Source of the DNA: Octopus vulgaris
Lineage: Eukaryota
NCBI GenBank assembly: GCA_951406725.2
Contig: OX597832.1
Span: forward strand, 1,178,001 to 1,242,000
Reading direction: 5' to 3'
Length of the DNA: 64,000 bases
The position numbers were made by a program, and so were the translations under genes. A model generated the notes under the pieces. It worked only from the letters and a program-made list of their open reading frames with translations. It was not told the DNA's origin and searched no databases. Of the stretch, positions 26,151 to 39,020 are shown one piece after another (the first letter of the stretch is position 1; every line of letters starts with the position of its first letter).

Positions 26151-29100
26151 TGTAACAGGATCTGGAATTGGTATCACTGAAGGGGTGTCCGATCCGATCC
26201 CACCACATTCAATTTAGTTAAATATAACAGACGAAGTCAGGTTATCTGGGAAAGACAGCAAATGTTGTTTTATTACTCGTGATGGTGTTGATCTGGTGTG
26301 CCTATTTCTGAGGGGGACCGACAGCTGTATCTGTTGTGCTGCTTCTTGTAGGCTGGTCGAAGTGGTTCGATGTGTCCGCTGCTAAGTCGATGCGTAGTTC
26401 TCAGAAACTTCTAATGCACGTCTGTTCACGAGCGCTGTTGGGACCAGAGAGAGTGAGTGAGTGGACTGTGCCTTAGGGGGTCAGTTTCCCGCACATGTGC
26501 ATGGGGAAGACTTCCGGTGGCCACCCGGAAGTAGTCCCATTCTGCGCATGCGCGCTGAACCTTACACAGTAGCATCACTACATGGCTCCCCCTCGAGTGT
26601 GGAAGTACGAAAACAAGAAAATTTGTAGTGGTGCTGCAGAAAAACAGATGGCTTGCCGATCCCCCAGAAGATTTGGTACACAATATGATACAAAAAACAA
26701 GAAATTTGAAAGAAAGAAAGTTAAATATAAATTGTCTTTGAAAGTTTCTTGGGCCAATGCACTGTTCTGCCCGATCTTGTAATATACGGTGTGCTCAGGG
26801 CACCCGTTGACGGCGAAGGTGGTGTTGTGGGAGCCGGTGAAGGCAAAGGTGTCTGTGCAGGTGAAGGTGTTGTTAAAGGTGCATAGGTGGGTGAGGCAAG
26901 GTTGTCATCAAAAGATGAAGACATCTCAAAGTATGCTTTCTTCAGTCGGTCCATGGAAACGGTCTCCGAATGACCATTTATTTCAATGGTGAAAACCTTA
27001 GGTGTGCGAGAAAGCACAAGGAAAAGTCCTTTAAAGGGAGAAACAAGTGGTCCCTTGACAGAGTCGTCCCGAACAAAAACATGCGACCAAGTGTCCATAT
27101 CCGGTGGGAGATGGAATGGTGGAGATTGTTTCCTGGGAACCATGGGTGGAAGATTCGAAAAATAGGAACGCAGTCTGGCGACATAGGTCGCCGGATCATG
27201 GGGCTGGGAAGTGTCTGGCACCAACATCGTACCAGGCAATGCCAGTGTGGTACCATACAGTAGCTCTGCAGAAGAAAACCCCAGGTCTGCCTTGACAGCA
27301 GTGCGACAACCGAGAAGCACAATGGGCAGAAACTCAATCCAGGACTGTGGATCCGAGGAGGCACGAAGAGCGGCCTTGAGCTGTCTTTGGAACCGTTCAA
27401 CTAATCCATTAGACGCTGGATGATAGCTGGTAGTGTGAATATGATGCACACCTAAAATGCGCGACAATTCGCGAAATAGCGAAGCTTCAAACTGACGTCC
27501 ATGATCAGTAGTCAATCTGGACGGAACTCCGAAACGGGAAATCCAGTTCGAAACGAAGGCTCGCGCAACAGTCTCAGCAGAAATGTCTGCTATTGGAATG
27601 GCTTCTGGCCAGCGGGAAAAACGATCGACACAAGTTAACAGATAAGAAAACCAGATCGATGTGGACATGGCAAAAACGGCCCTCCGTAGGGGGAAAATGT
27701 CCAAGCGGGGCACGAACGTGCCGTTGAATCTTGGACTGTTGACACTTGGAGCAGGTGCGTGTCCAAGAAGTAATAGTGGGACACATATTCAGCCAGAAAA
27801 ACCGAGCTTAAGGGTGGCAGCGATGCCAGGATGTGATAAGGAGTGCAGTACTTCAAACACTGAGCGTTGATGATTCTCAGGCACGAGTGGCCTGGGAGAA
27901 CCAGTGGAAGTATCACAAAGAATGGTGCCTTCGGCTGACGGAAACGGACGGTAGGAAAACTGGCAACAAGAGAACTTGGGAGAAGTTAAATCTAACGACG
28001 CCAAAGGTGGCTGCTCCTGCGAGATGGCAGTTAAGTCGATAGCAGCAGGAGACGAAAGGGCGCAAACTGGAAGGCGAGAGAGAGCGTCAGCAGGAACGTT
28101 CTCCTTTCCAGGTATGTGTCGAATGTTACTAGTGAATTGAGAGATAAAATCCAGGTGCCGGAAAGCACGAGGCAAGAGTTTGTCCGTTTTTGAACACAGG
28201 GCAAACGTAAGGGGCTTGTGATCCGTATAGATCACAAAATCTCGCCCTTCAAGTTGATGCTGGAAATGACGAACCGATAGATAGATCGCTAGGAGCTCAC
28301 GATCAAAGGTGCTGTATCGTCGTTCAGCTGGTTGCAGTTGGCGGGAAAAGAAAGCCAGAGGTCGAATATGATTATCCACTGTGTGTTGTAACATAGTGCC
28401 AATCGTAGTGTCCGATGCGTCTAGAGTCAAAGAGAGAGAAGCACCAGGAACCGGATGTGCAAGCAAAGAAACAGAAGCCAGCTCCTTAATGAACTCAAAG
28501 GCTGTCAGTGCCTCAACAGAGAGGGTAACTTGACCGTCCTTTCTAGGAGTGTCCTTTAATAGCCTGTGAGAGGAAGTAGCTTATCTGCACAACCGGGAAT
28601 AAAACGTCAGTAGAAATTGATCATCCCTAGATAATGCCTGAGCTGGCGCAAGAAAGTGGGAGGTGCGATGCGTTGAATGGCATCGACCTTTGATGACAGA
28701 GGGCTGATTCCACTCGAATCAATCAAAAAAATCAAGAAAATCTAGAGAAGAGCGTCCGAAAACACACTTGTCGGGATTTATACGTATACTATAAGCGCGA
28801 AGATGCTGAAAAAGCTGAGAAAGGTGCTGGAGATGATTTTCATGTGTGTCGCTCGCAATGAGTATATCATCGACATAGGCAAACACAAAATCAAGACTGT
28901 GGACAACCTCATCAATGAAACGCTGGAAAGTGCTGGTAGCATTCCGCAAACCGAAACTCAATACAAAAGCTCAAAACACCCAAAAGGGGTAGTGATTGCA
29001 GTTTTCGGAACATCGGCTGGGTTGACCGGTATTTGATGGTACGCGTGTATAAGGTCGACCTTCGAAAAAATGGTGCAACCATGGAGATTTGCCGTAAAGT

Positions 29101-31373
29101 CCTGTAGAATTCTGATTGGATACTTGTCGGCTATTGTTACGGCATTGAGGCGTCGATAGTCTCCTACCGGGCGAAAATCAGACTCGTCCTTTCGCGCTAA
29201 ATGAAGGGGAGACGCCCATGGGCTGGTGGAGGGGCGTATAAGGCCAAGTTGAAGCATGTGCTCAAACTCGGCCCTAGCCGCTTTTAGTTGGTCAGGCGCA
29301 AGGCGCCGTGGGCGCGAAAATACAGGCGGCCCAGTGGTGGTGATAAAATGGAGGGTCGAGTGGGTAGGCTTTTCTGGTTGAAAGGCAATGTCCACTAGCT
29401 CCGGAAACGAAGCCAAAAGAGAGTGAAAAGCGTCTCCAGAGGTGGCAACAAAGAATGTCGGGCTAAGGACCGCATCGGTGGAACTCCCAGTGAGCGATGA
29501 GAGTGACGTCGTGCTGTCAAGAAGCCTCCGACGCCTGACATCCACCAATAGATTAAACCTATCCAAGAAATCAGCGCCGAGAATAGGATGCAGGATGTCA
29601 GCGATGACGAAAACCCATTGAAAATCTCGACGAAGGTTGATGTCGAGGCGCAGCGAAATCTGACCGAAGGTGGTTATAGGAGACGAGTCAATGGCATGCA
29701 AGACAATTGAAGAGTGCTTGGGCTTGTCTGCAATCAGACAAAGGGGCCAGATGCTGCAACAAGAGCCGGTGTCCACCATGAAGAATTTCTTCGACACCAG
29801 ATCTTTTACAAAGAACGCACGATTTTTGGGAAACGAGACGGAAGAAGGTGACGTGCTCACCTCCTCCGGATTTAGTTTCCCGAGGGCTGAAAAGTGCACG
29901 GCTGGGTACACCGTTCTGCCTTTTCAGCAGAGCCACTGCGACTACAACTGCGTGGTCGACGCCCGATCGCACGGCACAGATCATCAATTCGCCGTGTGAG
30001 CGCAGCGAGCCGCTCGGCTAATGAATTATGCATCGGAGAAACTGTCGGAGGGGGCTCTGTACATGCGCACAGGCCTCGCGATGGAGATGGTTTCGGAAAT
30101 TCCAATATTTTGTCTGCCATCGTGGCAATCTGGTCTACTGACACAGACTCCAGTGCCGTGGCCAACATTGTCTGCATGTGGGCAGGCAACCTGGAGAAGA
30201 AAATCCTCCGTAAGAGCGGGGCGTCTGCTGCGTTCCCGCTCAGCTCCCTTAGGTGGCACAGGAACTGGGATGGAGTCCTGTATCCCAACTGTTCCTCGGC
30301 CATCAGCTCCTTAAAATTACTCTCCTCCGACCGCATGTTGCGGTGGAGGATTTCGGCTCTTACGGACGCGTATGTGGCGTCCGGGTGGGGACTTATTATG
30401 AGATCCCTGACCGATGTGGCGAGTCGGGGATGCAAACTTGAATATAGCAGATGCAACTGCTGCTGTGGAGGAACGGCATGTGCGTCAAAATGCGATTCCA
30501 CCTGGGCAAACCACAGACCTGCATCCCATGTGAATAAAGGCAAACCTGATGCAGCCATGTTTGTCCGAAAAAACGCCTGTCAGAAAGGGGGCAGAAGGAA
30601 GAACGAGAAGTGGAGAACACGTGAAACCGACAAAGCAAATAAAAAAAAAATCGTGTTTTGTGTACTCGTGTGTGTGTGTGTGTGTGTGTGTGTGCACCTC
30701 GTGGGTAGTAAAGAATAGGTGTGTGTGTGTGCACACAAAGGAAAAACAAAGGCTACAGAAAAGAAAAAATGATGTGTGTGTGTGTTTTTTTTTTTTCAGT
30801 GTACTGAGTGCGATGGATAAACTTTTGTTTGTACGAAAAAATGAAAGTGAAAACTGAGTGTTCAGCGTGCTAACTGGCAAAACCTGTTCGCTGCGTCTTC
30901 TGTTCTTTCTTTTTTTCTTTTTTTTTACTCGGGGTCACCAATTATAACAGGATCTGGAATCGGTATCACTGAAGGGGTGTCCGATCCGATTCCGTCACAT
31001 TCAATTTAGTTAAATATAACAGACGAAGTCAGGTTATCTGGGAAAGACAGCAAATGTTGTTTTATTACTTGTGATGGTGTTGATCTGGTGTGCCTATTTC
31101 TGAGGGGGACCGACAGCCGTATCTGTTGTACTGCTTCTTGTAGGCTGGTCGAAGTGGTTCGATGTGTCCACTGCTAAGTCGATGCATAGTTCTCAGAGAC
31201 TTCTAATGCACGTCTGTTCACGAGCGCTGTTGGGGCCAGAGAGAGTGAGTGAGTGGACTGTGCCTTAGGGGTCAGTTTCCCGCACATGCGCATGGGGAAG
31301 ACTTCCGGTGGCCACCCGGAAGTAGTCCCATTCTGCGCATGCACGCTGAACCTTACACAGTAGCATCACTACA
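26151..31373 (-). mobile_element. Full-length Ty3/Gypsy provirus (family A): gag-PR-RT-RNaseH-IN, frameshifted
   Basis: LTRs at 26151-26582 and 30943-31373, TSD CCCC, tRNA-Trp PBS and PPT GAGGGGGAGCCA. ORFs are gag 29872-30558, PR/RT 28958-29911, RNase H 27789-28466 and IN 26721-27713. Confidence 0.97.
29840..29881 (-). promoter_or_regulatory. Putative -1 ribosomal frameshift signal at the gag/pol junction
   Basis: Slippery heptamer G GGA AAC immediately before the gag TAA, followed by the hairpin GGAGGAGGTGA-GCACG-TCACCTTCTTCC. Confidence 0.75.
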
Positions 31374-31842
31374 CCCCTTTGACCCTACACCCAGACGCCA
31401 TCAATTTCTTGTCCAACCATGGCCAAACTCCCATTTTTCTCAAGTATCTGCTGTTGTTTGCTTATTAATATTGACATCATGTGACATCTCTTGACCAATC
31501 GCAGCCAATCTGCCACCAGCCATCTTGGACTTCCTACCCCTCTCCATTTATTCTGATTTCCACTTGCCTGAGGAAAGCCCTACCCTCTTCCATTAGGGGC
31601 TTTGAATCTTTAAGTAGTACGGAATCAGAATTAAACTGTTTTGAACTATATATATGTATGTGTGTGTGTTTGTATATCTATGTGTGTGTCTTGTGTCTAT
31701 GTTTGTCCCCCATCACTGCTTGACAACTCAACTAGTACTGATGTGTTTATGTCCCCATAACTTAGCAGTTCGGCAAAAGAAATGATAGAATAAGTACACG
31801 GCTTAAAAAAAGTCCTGGGGTTGATCTGTTCAACTAATACCC

Positions 31843-32608
31843 TTGATGCTGGGTGTTTCATCTCGGAGGTCACAGTGTCTCTAGAAAAAATGAGACAGGG
31901 AGGTAGAGTTCTCTCTATCCCTGGATCTGAATGAGTGCATATGCTGGGAGTATCTTCCCTTGAAGTTATTGGCTGTCATACCTGTATAGTGCCTGGTAAT
32001 GCCATCAGATGGTGTAAGGGTGGCTCTGCATATTACAGCCCCTGAGAGGCAGGATCATTCTAGATGGCACATGGTGGGGTTTCGGCAGGTTGGGGTTGGG
32101 GTGGTGCGAGTGCATTTTTATGTCTGTTGATGCATGCGATGTTGGATATACGTTGTCTAATCAGGAGTAGCTCACCTTGATATTATGGGGGTTGAAGAGT
32201 TTGTAATACTATTGGTCTCTGGGGAAGAGTTTCTTAATTAATGATAGGAAGCCCCTAGCTATGTTGGTGGAAATATCTGGGTTGAAAGGGATGTTATACC
32301 ATATCATTTTCCTTTTCCTAATCTTTTTGGGGTGAGGAGAGGGTGTTGTCCCCATAAGTGAGCTTCTCAGTAACCCCACCCCTAGCCAAAGCATTGTTGT
32401 AGTGGGGGTCAGCCTTGTTAAAGATATCTCTATTGGTTGAGAGATTAGACAGTCGTTTCTAATGCCTGGAACCAGGTTTTTAATTGAGCTCGTGGATGTA
32501 TAGTGTTTCCTCATTAGGCTTCCTGTATGGGACACAGAGAACTCTACTTCCCTGTTTCATTTTCTCTGGAGACTCTGTGACCTCTGAGATGAAACACCCA
32601 GCATCAAG
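31843..32608. mobile_element. PLE RT-thumb fragment bracketed by about 77-bp inverted repeats
   Basis: Minus-strand YRKPNEETLYI and RKRKMIWYNIPFNP motifs. The arms are at 31843-31921 and 32529-32608. Confidence 0.65.
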
Positions 32609-33685
32609 TGAACTATTGTTGACAGAGCACCACCATATTCTCCCAGTGCCCCCAAACTGCCAACTCTGCCTCCACATAAAACTGCATATCCTCCAACAAC
32701 CTGCAGTATCCATCAATAAGAAATATGATTTATCTTATTGCTGTCACCAGCGGTATGCCCTTCTGGCAAATTTCAAGCCTCTGACTGCTGACAACCTGGA
32801 TATATCACCTTAGTACCAGCTGCTACTCTGCACCAAGGTCACCATCACCAACCAACCCCATGAGCAGGACCACCAGTTACCAATCCTCAATGCTTACCAA
32901 TTCTCAACACTTACCAACTCCAAATGCTTGTTATGCACTCACTAATATGCATGTGTGCAAGTCTGTTCATATACATATATAGTTGTGTGTGTGAGAATAT
33001 GCATCCATATACAGCTGTGCACACTTGCATCAATGCAGACATGCATGCAAAACCATATGAGTGTATCTACACACCCACATATACAACTATATACTTGCAT
33101 ATGCTGCCCCTTCCTACCTCCCCTCCAACAACCTGACTGATTTCCTGTTCACCAACATCAAACCATGACACTACGTGACCTTCCTTGACCAATCACAGCC
33201 CACCTTATGGTAATAACAATCAACTTCTTTCATTCAAATTCAAAATGGCTGAAAATTATCATCACACTTAGAACTCTCGGGGTACCAACGAATTTGAATC
33301 AACCTGTTTTGATCCACACACACATATACATATTCTAATCTAACAAAAATATATATACATAGTGTTTTCAACCAAATACTATTTGGCTCCATTCTTGCTT
33401 TATCTTCATTAAATAACTCTTCAAAGCAATACAAATAGCAATTAAGGAAGACATGCATTTTTCTATTTGAAAAAGAAATCCAAAACAGGTTGTTAAAAAC
33501 AAAAAACAGGAGAGGTTCAGTGAATATCAATTAACAGATATTTTCTTTGTATTGAATTTTATCTGTAAAAGCAGTGGAAATAATAGACATGATTGTTAAT
33601 ATTTAGCAGTATAATAAAAGTAAAATTTCAGTGTTAAATGAAATATGCAATAAAATAAAAAAATATTTTTTGAATAAATGCTTAC

Positions 33686-33754
33686 CTTTAATTCTGCGGA
33701 TTAGACTGAGATAGGATCTTTGAGAATAGCATGTCCTCTGGGCTGTATTATAAG
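33686..33754 (-). CDS. Host gene internal exon (middle of the Ly6/uPAR domain)
   Basis: Acceptor tttctctttgtatag and donor gtaagc; 69 nt, phase 1-1. Translates SYNTAQRTCYSQRSYLSLIRRIK. Confidence 0.85.
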
Positions 33755-34719
33755 CTATACAAAGAGAAATGGAAAATGCTGAATTTATTGCAGTAATAAT
33801 TAGCTAAAAATATCAAAATTCTAAGTATTCAAAAGTGGTTAATGGCAGAATTAATGGACCATTAGACAACATATCTTACAGCTTTTACATATATTCCTTT
33901 ATGCTGAGATCATATGTGTTTTTTTATACTTCTTGGTCTAATACAATAAATCTGCCAACTATTTTCCACCTCCAGAATATTATTAGAGGCTAGATGACTA
34001 TGATAGGAATTAACACAATACTTTCTCTACACAAAAAATTGAAATATTTCACACCTGCCCATCCTCTAAAAATTAGTATACAATTGATTTTCTTTAATAT
34101 AGTGTATTTTTATAAAATAAGTTGAAGTCTATTACATTTAATATATGTCTACTTATGATAGAATGAACAGAATGATATAAATAGCTCTGAACCGTTCTGA
34201 CCATCGTCCTCATAACTTTAACATATATTTTCCTATACTGGTATGAGTAACAAGGGTCTAAAACAACAACATAACTTCATGCATTTCATCCCTCACAACC
34301 TTGAGAGATGGAATATAAATACTCATTTCCAAGTTTTCTCAGATTACTTACTATTACCTCACTACTAGCTAATACCATTAATTATCCTGCATGCATCATC
34401 AATACCTATGCATTTATCACTACAGCATGTTGTCCTTTTTATTAATGGCATTATTGTGCCCTTATCAGTTATATATTTTCAACACCAATAGATGCTAATT
34501 CATGTGTGAACACATATATATGTATACACAGCCATGCTGGAGCACTGCCTTGAAGAATTTCAGTTAAATGAATTGATCCAAGTACTTTTTTCTTTTAAGC
34601 CTGGTACTTTGCCAAACCACTAAGTTATGGGGATGTAAACACACCAACACCAGTTGTCAAGCAGTGGTAGGGGACAAACACAAACACACACACACATATA
34701 TATATATATATATCCAATT

Positions 34720-37140
34720 TTTCTCTTAAATCATTTGCTGTCTTACATGCACACCAACATTACCTATCCGGTGGAGCATGCTGGCTTCATTCCTTTCAAA
34801 CCTTCACATGTCCTCTGTAGTCATAGCCTACGTTTCACTGCCATGCAGCATAGCTGTACATATATGGGTATCATACAATCTTTTTCTCTGAGGGAGAAGT
34901 CCTTTGTTACTAACAAAAGTAATAGCTCTCTGAACTTTGCCCACTCCATTATTATTCTAGCAATTACACTTTCAGAACTTCCTCCTCCACTGCTAACTTG
35001 GATGCCTAGATAAAAGAAGCTATCTACTACACTAAGGAGCCCCTTGGAAATTTGTTGAAGTCTGTTATCTATAAACTCTTAGTACTTATTGTACCTGCAC
35101 ATCTGCCACACACACAAAGACTACTTTCTCTGTTAATTATCTTGTGACATTGCTGCACCTCTTATGTGTCCATAGCTTGCACTGGGTACACCATATGGAG
35201 TTTCTACCAACACCTTTTTGTACATATTGTGGAGGGCCATCTCTCTGAAAAGATTAGTGATTTATCTGTTTCCCTACTTACTAGGAATTTGGTCTTTGCT
35301 AAATTAATTCTAAGGCCCTTTGGCTCCAGACCTTGCTCCCACACCTGAAATTTCCTCTCTAGTTCAGGTAGTGACTCTTTGTACACTAACTTCATTGCTA
35401 ACCTTTATTTTACTGACATCATCTAAGTACGTGGCTTGTACAGTTGACACCAACCACTCATCTATCCCTAGCTTGTGCATTGACCTTCAGATGAGGGAGT
35501 GAGAGTCTCTGTTAAAGGCTTTCTCCATTTAAAAAAAAGCCAAGTACTAAATGCTTCTTCTGCAGTTGCCTTGCCAGGAAGACTGTCAGTAGTGCTTCTC
35601 CCCGGCATGAAACTGAACTGCATCTCATCTAGGCTAACTCTCTTCCTGATTTATTGAGCTATGATCCTCTCTATAACTTTCATGACGTGGTCTAGCAATT
35701 TTATACCTCTGTAATTATTTCTGTCAAAGGCATCACCTTTACCTTTGTAACAGTTGACTACAGCTACACTAGTTGTTGGGTATGACTCCCTTGTGAACAA
35801 CCTTAATTTTGTGTGTGTATGTTATCATCATCATCATCATTATTGTTTAACATCCACTTTTCATGCTGGCACGAGTTGGATGGTTTGACTGAGAACTGGT
35901 AAGCTGCACCAGTCTGATTTGGCAAGGTTTCTACAGCTGAAAGCCCTTCCTAATACCACTCTGTGAGTTTGGTGGGTGCTTTTTACGTGCCACCAGCAAG
36001 GGTGCCAGTCAGGTGGCACTGATATTGGCTCAAATGGTGCTTCTTACATGCCACCGGCGTGGGTGCTAGTAAGACAGCACTGGATTGGCCATGCTTGAAT
36101 GGTGCCTTTTATGTGCCACAGGCTTGGGTGCCAGTCAGGCAGCACTAGCATTGGCCATGCTCAAATGGTGCTTTTTATATGTCACAAGCATGTGTACTAG
36201 TCAGGCGGCACTGGCATTGATTTCACTTGGTTCAACAGGTCTTCACAAGCACAGCATATTGCCTGACGATTGGAAGGTGCTTTTAAATGGGCCAGTTATG
36301 ATTGTAATCAGTCATGATTATGATCTCACCTGGCTTTTCGGGTCTTCTCAAACATGGCATATCTCCATAGGTCGTCTCAATTGTTTGTTATTGCTTCTGT
36401 GAGACTCAACGTTCGAAGGTTGTGCTTCACCACCTCATCCTATGTCTTCCAGGGTTTACCTCTTCCACAAGTTTCCTCCACCTTTAGGGTGTGACACATC
36501 CTCATCCATATGCATCACATGACCTGCCAGCGCAGTCATCTCTCTTGCACACACCATCTGATGCTTCTTATGTCCAACTTTTCTCTCAGGATGCTTACAC
36601 TTTGTTGTGCATGCACACTGACATTACACATCCAGCGGAGTATACTAGCTTCATTTCTTTCAAGTCTCTGCATATCCTCAGCAGTCACACCCCATGTTTC
36701 ACTGCCGTGTAGCATGGCTGTTCACACACAGACATCAAACAGTCTACCTTTCACATTCAGCGAGAGGTCCTTTGTTACCAGCAGAGGTAGGATCTCTCTG
36801 AACTTTGCCCAAGCCTATTCTTATTCTAGCAGCTATGCTCCCAGAGTATCCACTTCCACTACTCACCTGGTCACCTAGGTAACACAAGCTATCAACTACT
36901 TCTAGTTTTTTCCCCCTGGTATGTGATGGAATCTGTTTTCTGTACATTTTCAGTGCTTATTGCCCTTGTGCATCTGCCACACACAAAAACTATCTTCCCA
37001 GTTAACCTTCTGTTGATATTGCTGCACCTCTTATGTGTCCACAGCTTATACAGGGTACATCTTATGAGTTTCTACCTATGCCTTTTCCATAGATTGAGCA
37101 GGGTCATCTACCTGAAGGGATTTATGATTTGTCCTTCTTC
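34720..37140 (-). mobile_element. Two decayed RTE LINE fragments (about 34720-35790 and 35823-37140)
   Basis: Homologous to 21811-23600, including KKLEVVDSLCYLGDQVSSG, with a (GAT)n tail at 35823. Confidence 0.85.
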
Positions 37141-37439
37141 GTTGTAGAGTTGTATATTCTTGGTTATGGCATACAACTGGTCAGTCACAAAGTTGCTATT
37201 TATTTTGCATTGAATGCTGCACTTAGCAATACCGATGACTAAGAACACATTGTCTCTTTAATGTTAACTGTAAATATACAATCTTGGTCAGCTCATTTGT
37301 GAAATGAAATGAAACAAAAAAAAAACCTATCTGAGAAGGGAATAATTGCTTCCTATTGTATGATTCCAGCTATGGCTGAATGGGGTCAGCTGTGCTGGTG
37401 TACATATTTTTGGTTCTTCGGTTTTAAAAAGGGGGACAT

Positions 37440-39020
37440 GCTTTCAAAATAAATTTTCTATCGTAAGGGCAATGACTAAAAATTTCACTTTTTGAGTTCA
37501 AAAAGGTACCTGGACTGTATGAATTTTTAAAGATTATTCTTCTCTCATATAAGTAAAGCTTAGTTGCTTCTGTTCAGATATAGCTCAGGTTGTGCCAGCA
37601 GCTTCTTGTTGATTTTATATGGTGTTCCTTCCTCTTTTAATCACTATATATAAGCGGTTAATATTATAATGTTGCACCTCTCTTGGATCCTAAAAGAGGG
37701 CTTGTGATTATTTAGCCTAGCTTTAAAGGGGGCCTCTATTGCCTCAACATATTTCTGAGTATGCATTCCTCCTTTGCTGCTATTGTTTGATAGTACTACC
37801 TCTGCTTCATACACCACACCCTTGGTGTTACACCAACCTTTCACTGAACACTGGCTGCTAATCCTACATGAACATCATGCCTCTGTACAACACTTTGAAG
37901 TGTATTCTAATATCTTTTTGACACTAGGTGCACATCTGAATGCAGCCCTTAAGTTATGTCTACTGAATAATCTCCTATACCTATGGGACAATGTGAAATG
38001 CTTATCTAACAATCTAAGGAAGGCACTTTACACATAGATTTTATGTTGAGTGTGAAGGGTATGGCAAACCAGAAGACTTTACAGTGGCATTTTTCTCTTG
38101 TGGATATTAGGGCCAGTCATATAAGTAGTTCAGTTCTTAAACCTACTGGTTGCAAGAGCCTCATTGTTATAGGGGGCTATTACATCAAAAACATCTTTAT
38201 TCAAGAATAAGTTGGAAATAATCTTAATGACACACTTTGAGGTTTTTAAAGACTATATATATAGGTGAGTGCCAGGAGGCTGTGTTGATATATGACAACC
38301 TTTCATTAGGTTTGCAGTATAGATTATATGAATCAGTGCTCAAATTGAGTGTTATATCTAAGGTAACTTTGGTTTCAATGGTAACCTTAAGTTCAATGGA
38401 GTTAAGGTTGTGAATCAAGTCTTTCCTAAGCTTGTTCAAGGTGTGCCCATTTCTGCCTATAGAGATGGCTTAAACATCATCCCTATATAGACCAAAGTTG
38501 GTTGATGGGACAACCTGTTTATTTATATTTGACACTTTAAGGTGTCACAAATAATCTTATGAGGTCACAGATATCTGCACTGTCAAATGCTTCCATCACC
38601 ACATCGAAAAAATCTTCTTGGTTAGTTTGTTTGAGGCAGGCTGAACCTTTGTTGAACAGCAGGGTTTTTCTGGCATGAATTATTACCTCTATATCCCTAT
38701 TACTAACACTGGTAAACTTATTAGTGAAAATAATGTCTTTGATGCAGATGAATAAACAACCACTATATTGAATTGAACCTTGCTCTATTTCTACTTTGGC
38801 TTGCTTTAATCCATTAAATTACTTCATTGTTATTGTCATAAGACAGGATATCTTCCTTATATCATTGCTTATCTTCCTCAATTCTGATTTAGACGGGTCA
38901 ATCAGGTGGAACTTGGGGTTGGAGGTGAAGTTTGACTTATGATCTTTGGTGATAATAAAAGCATTCCTCTCAGCTAAGGCTTTTACTTTATCAGCTATAT
39001 CTAACAATTAGCTAAATATT
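37440..39020 (-). mobile_element. Decayed Penelope-like element (Naiad-like)
   Basis: Motifs AFIITKDHKSNFTSNPKFHLIDPSKSE, FGLYRDD, KPNERLSYIN and VVYEAEV...FKARLNNH. Confidence 0.8.

Noticed and set aside
25571-26217. Long ORFs rich in Y/I/H/T/C/V (also at 9001-9409, 49401-49776 and 51971-52300)
   Set aside because: They are translations of (TA)n, (CA)n and (TATG)n microsatellites, not proteins.
29894-30718. 274-aa plus-strand ORF
   Set aside because: Antisense to Gypsy gag in GC-rich sequence, with no recognisable motif.
31553-31616. HHR-like CTGAGGA-aagcccta...taggggctt-tGAAT
   Set aside because: A stem II hairpin is present but GAAA and stem III are broken. It may be a relic but is not supportable.
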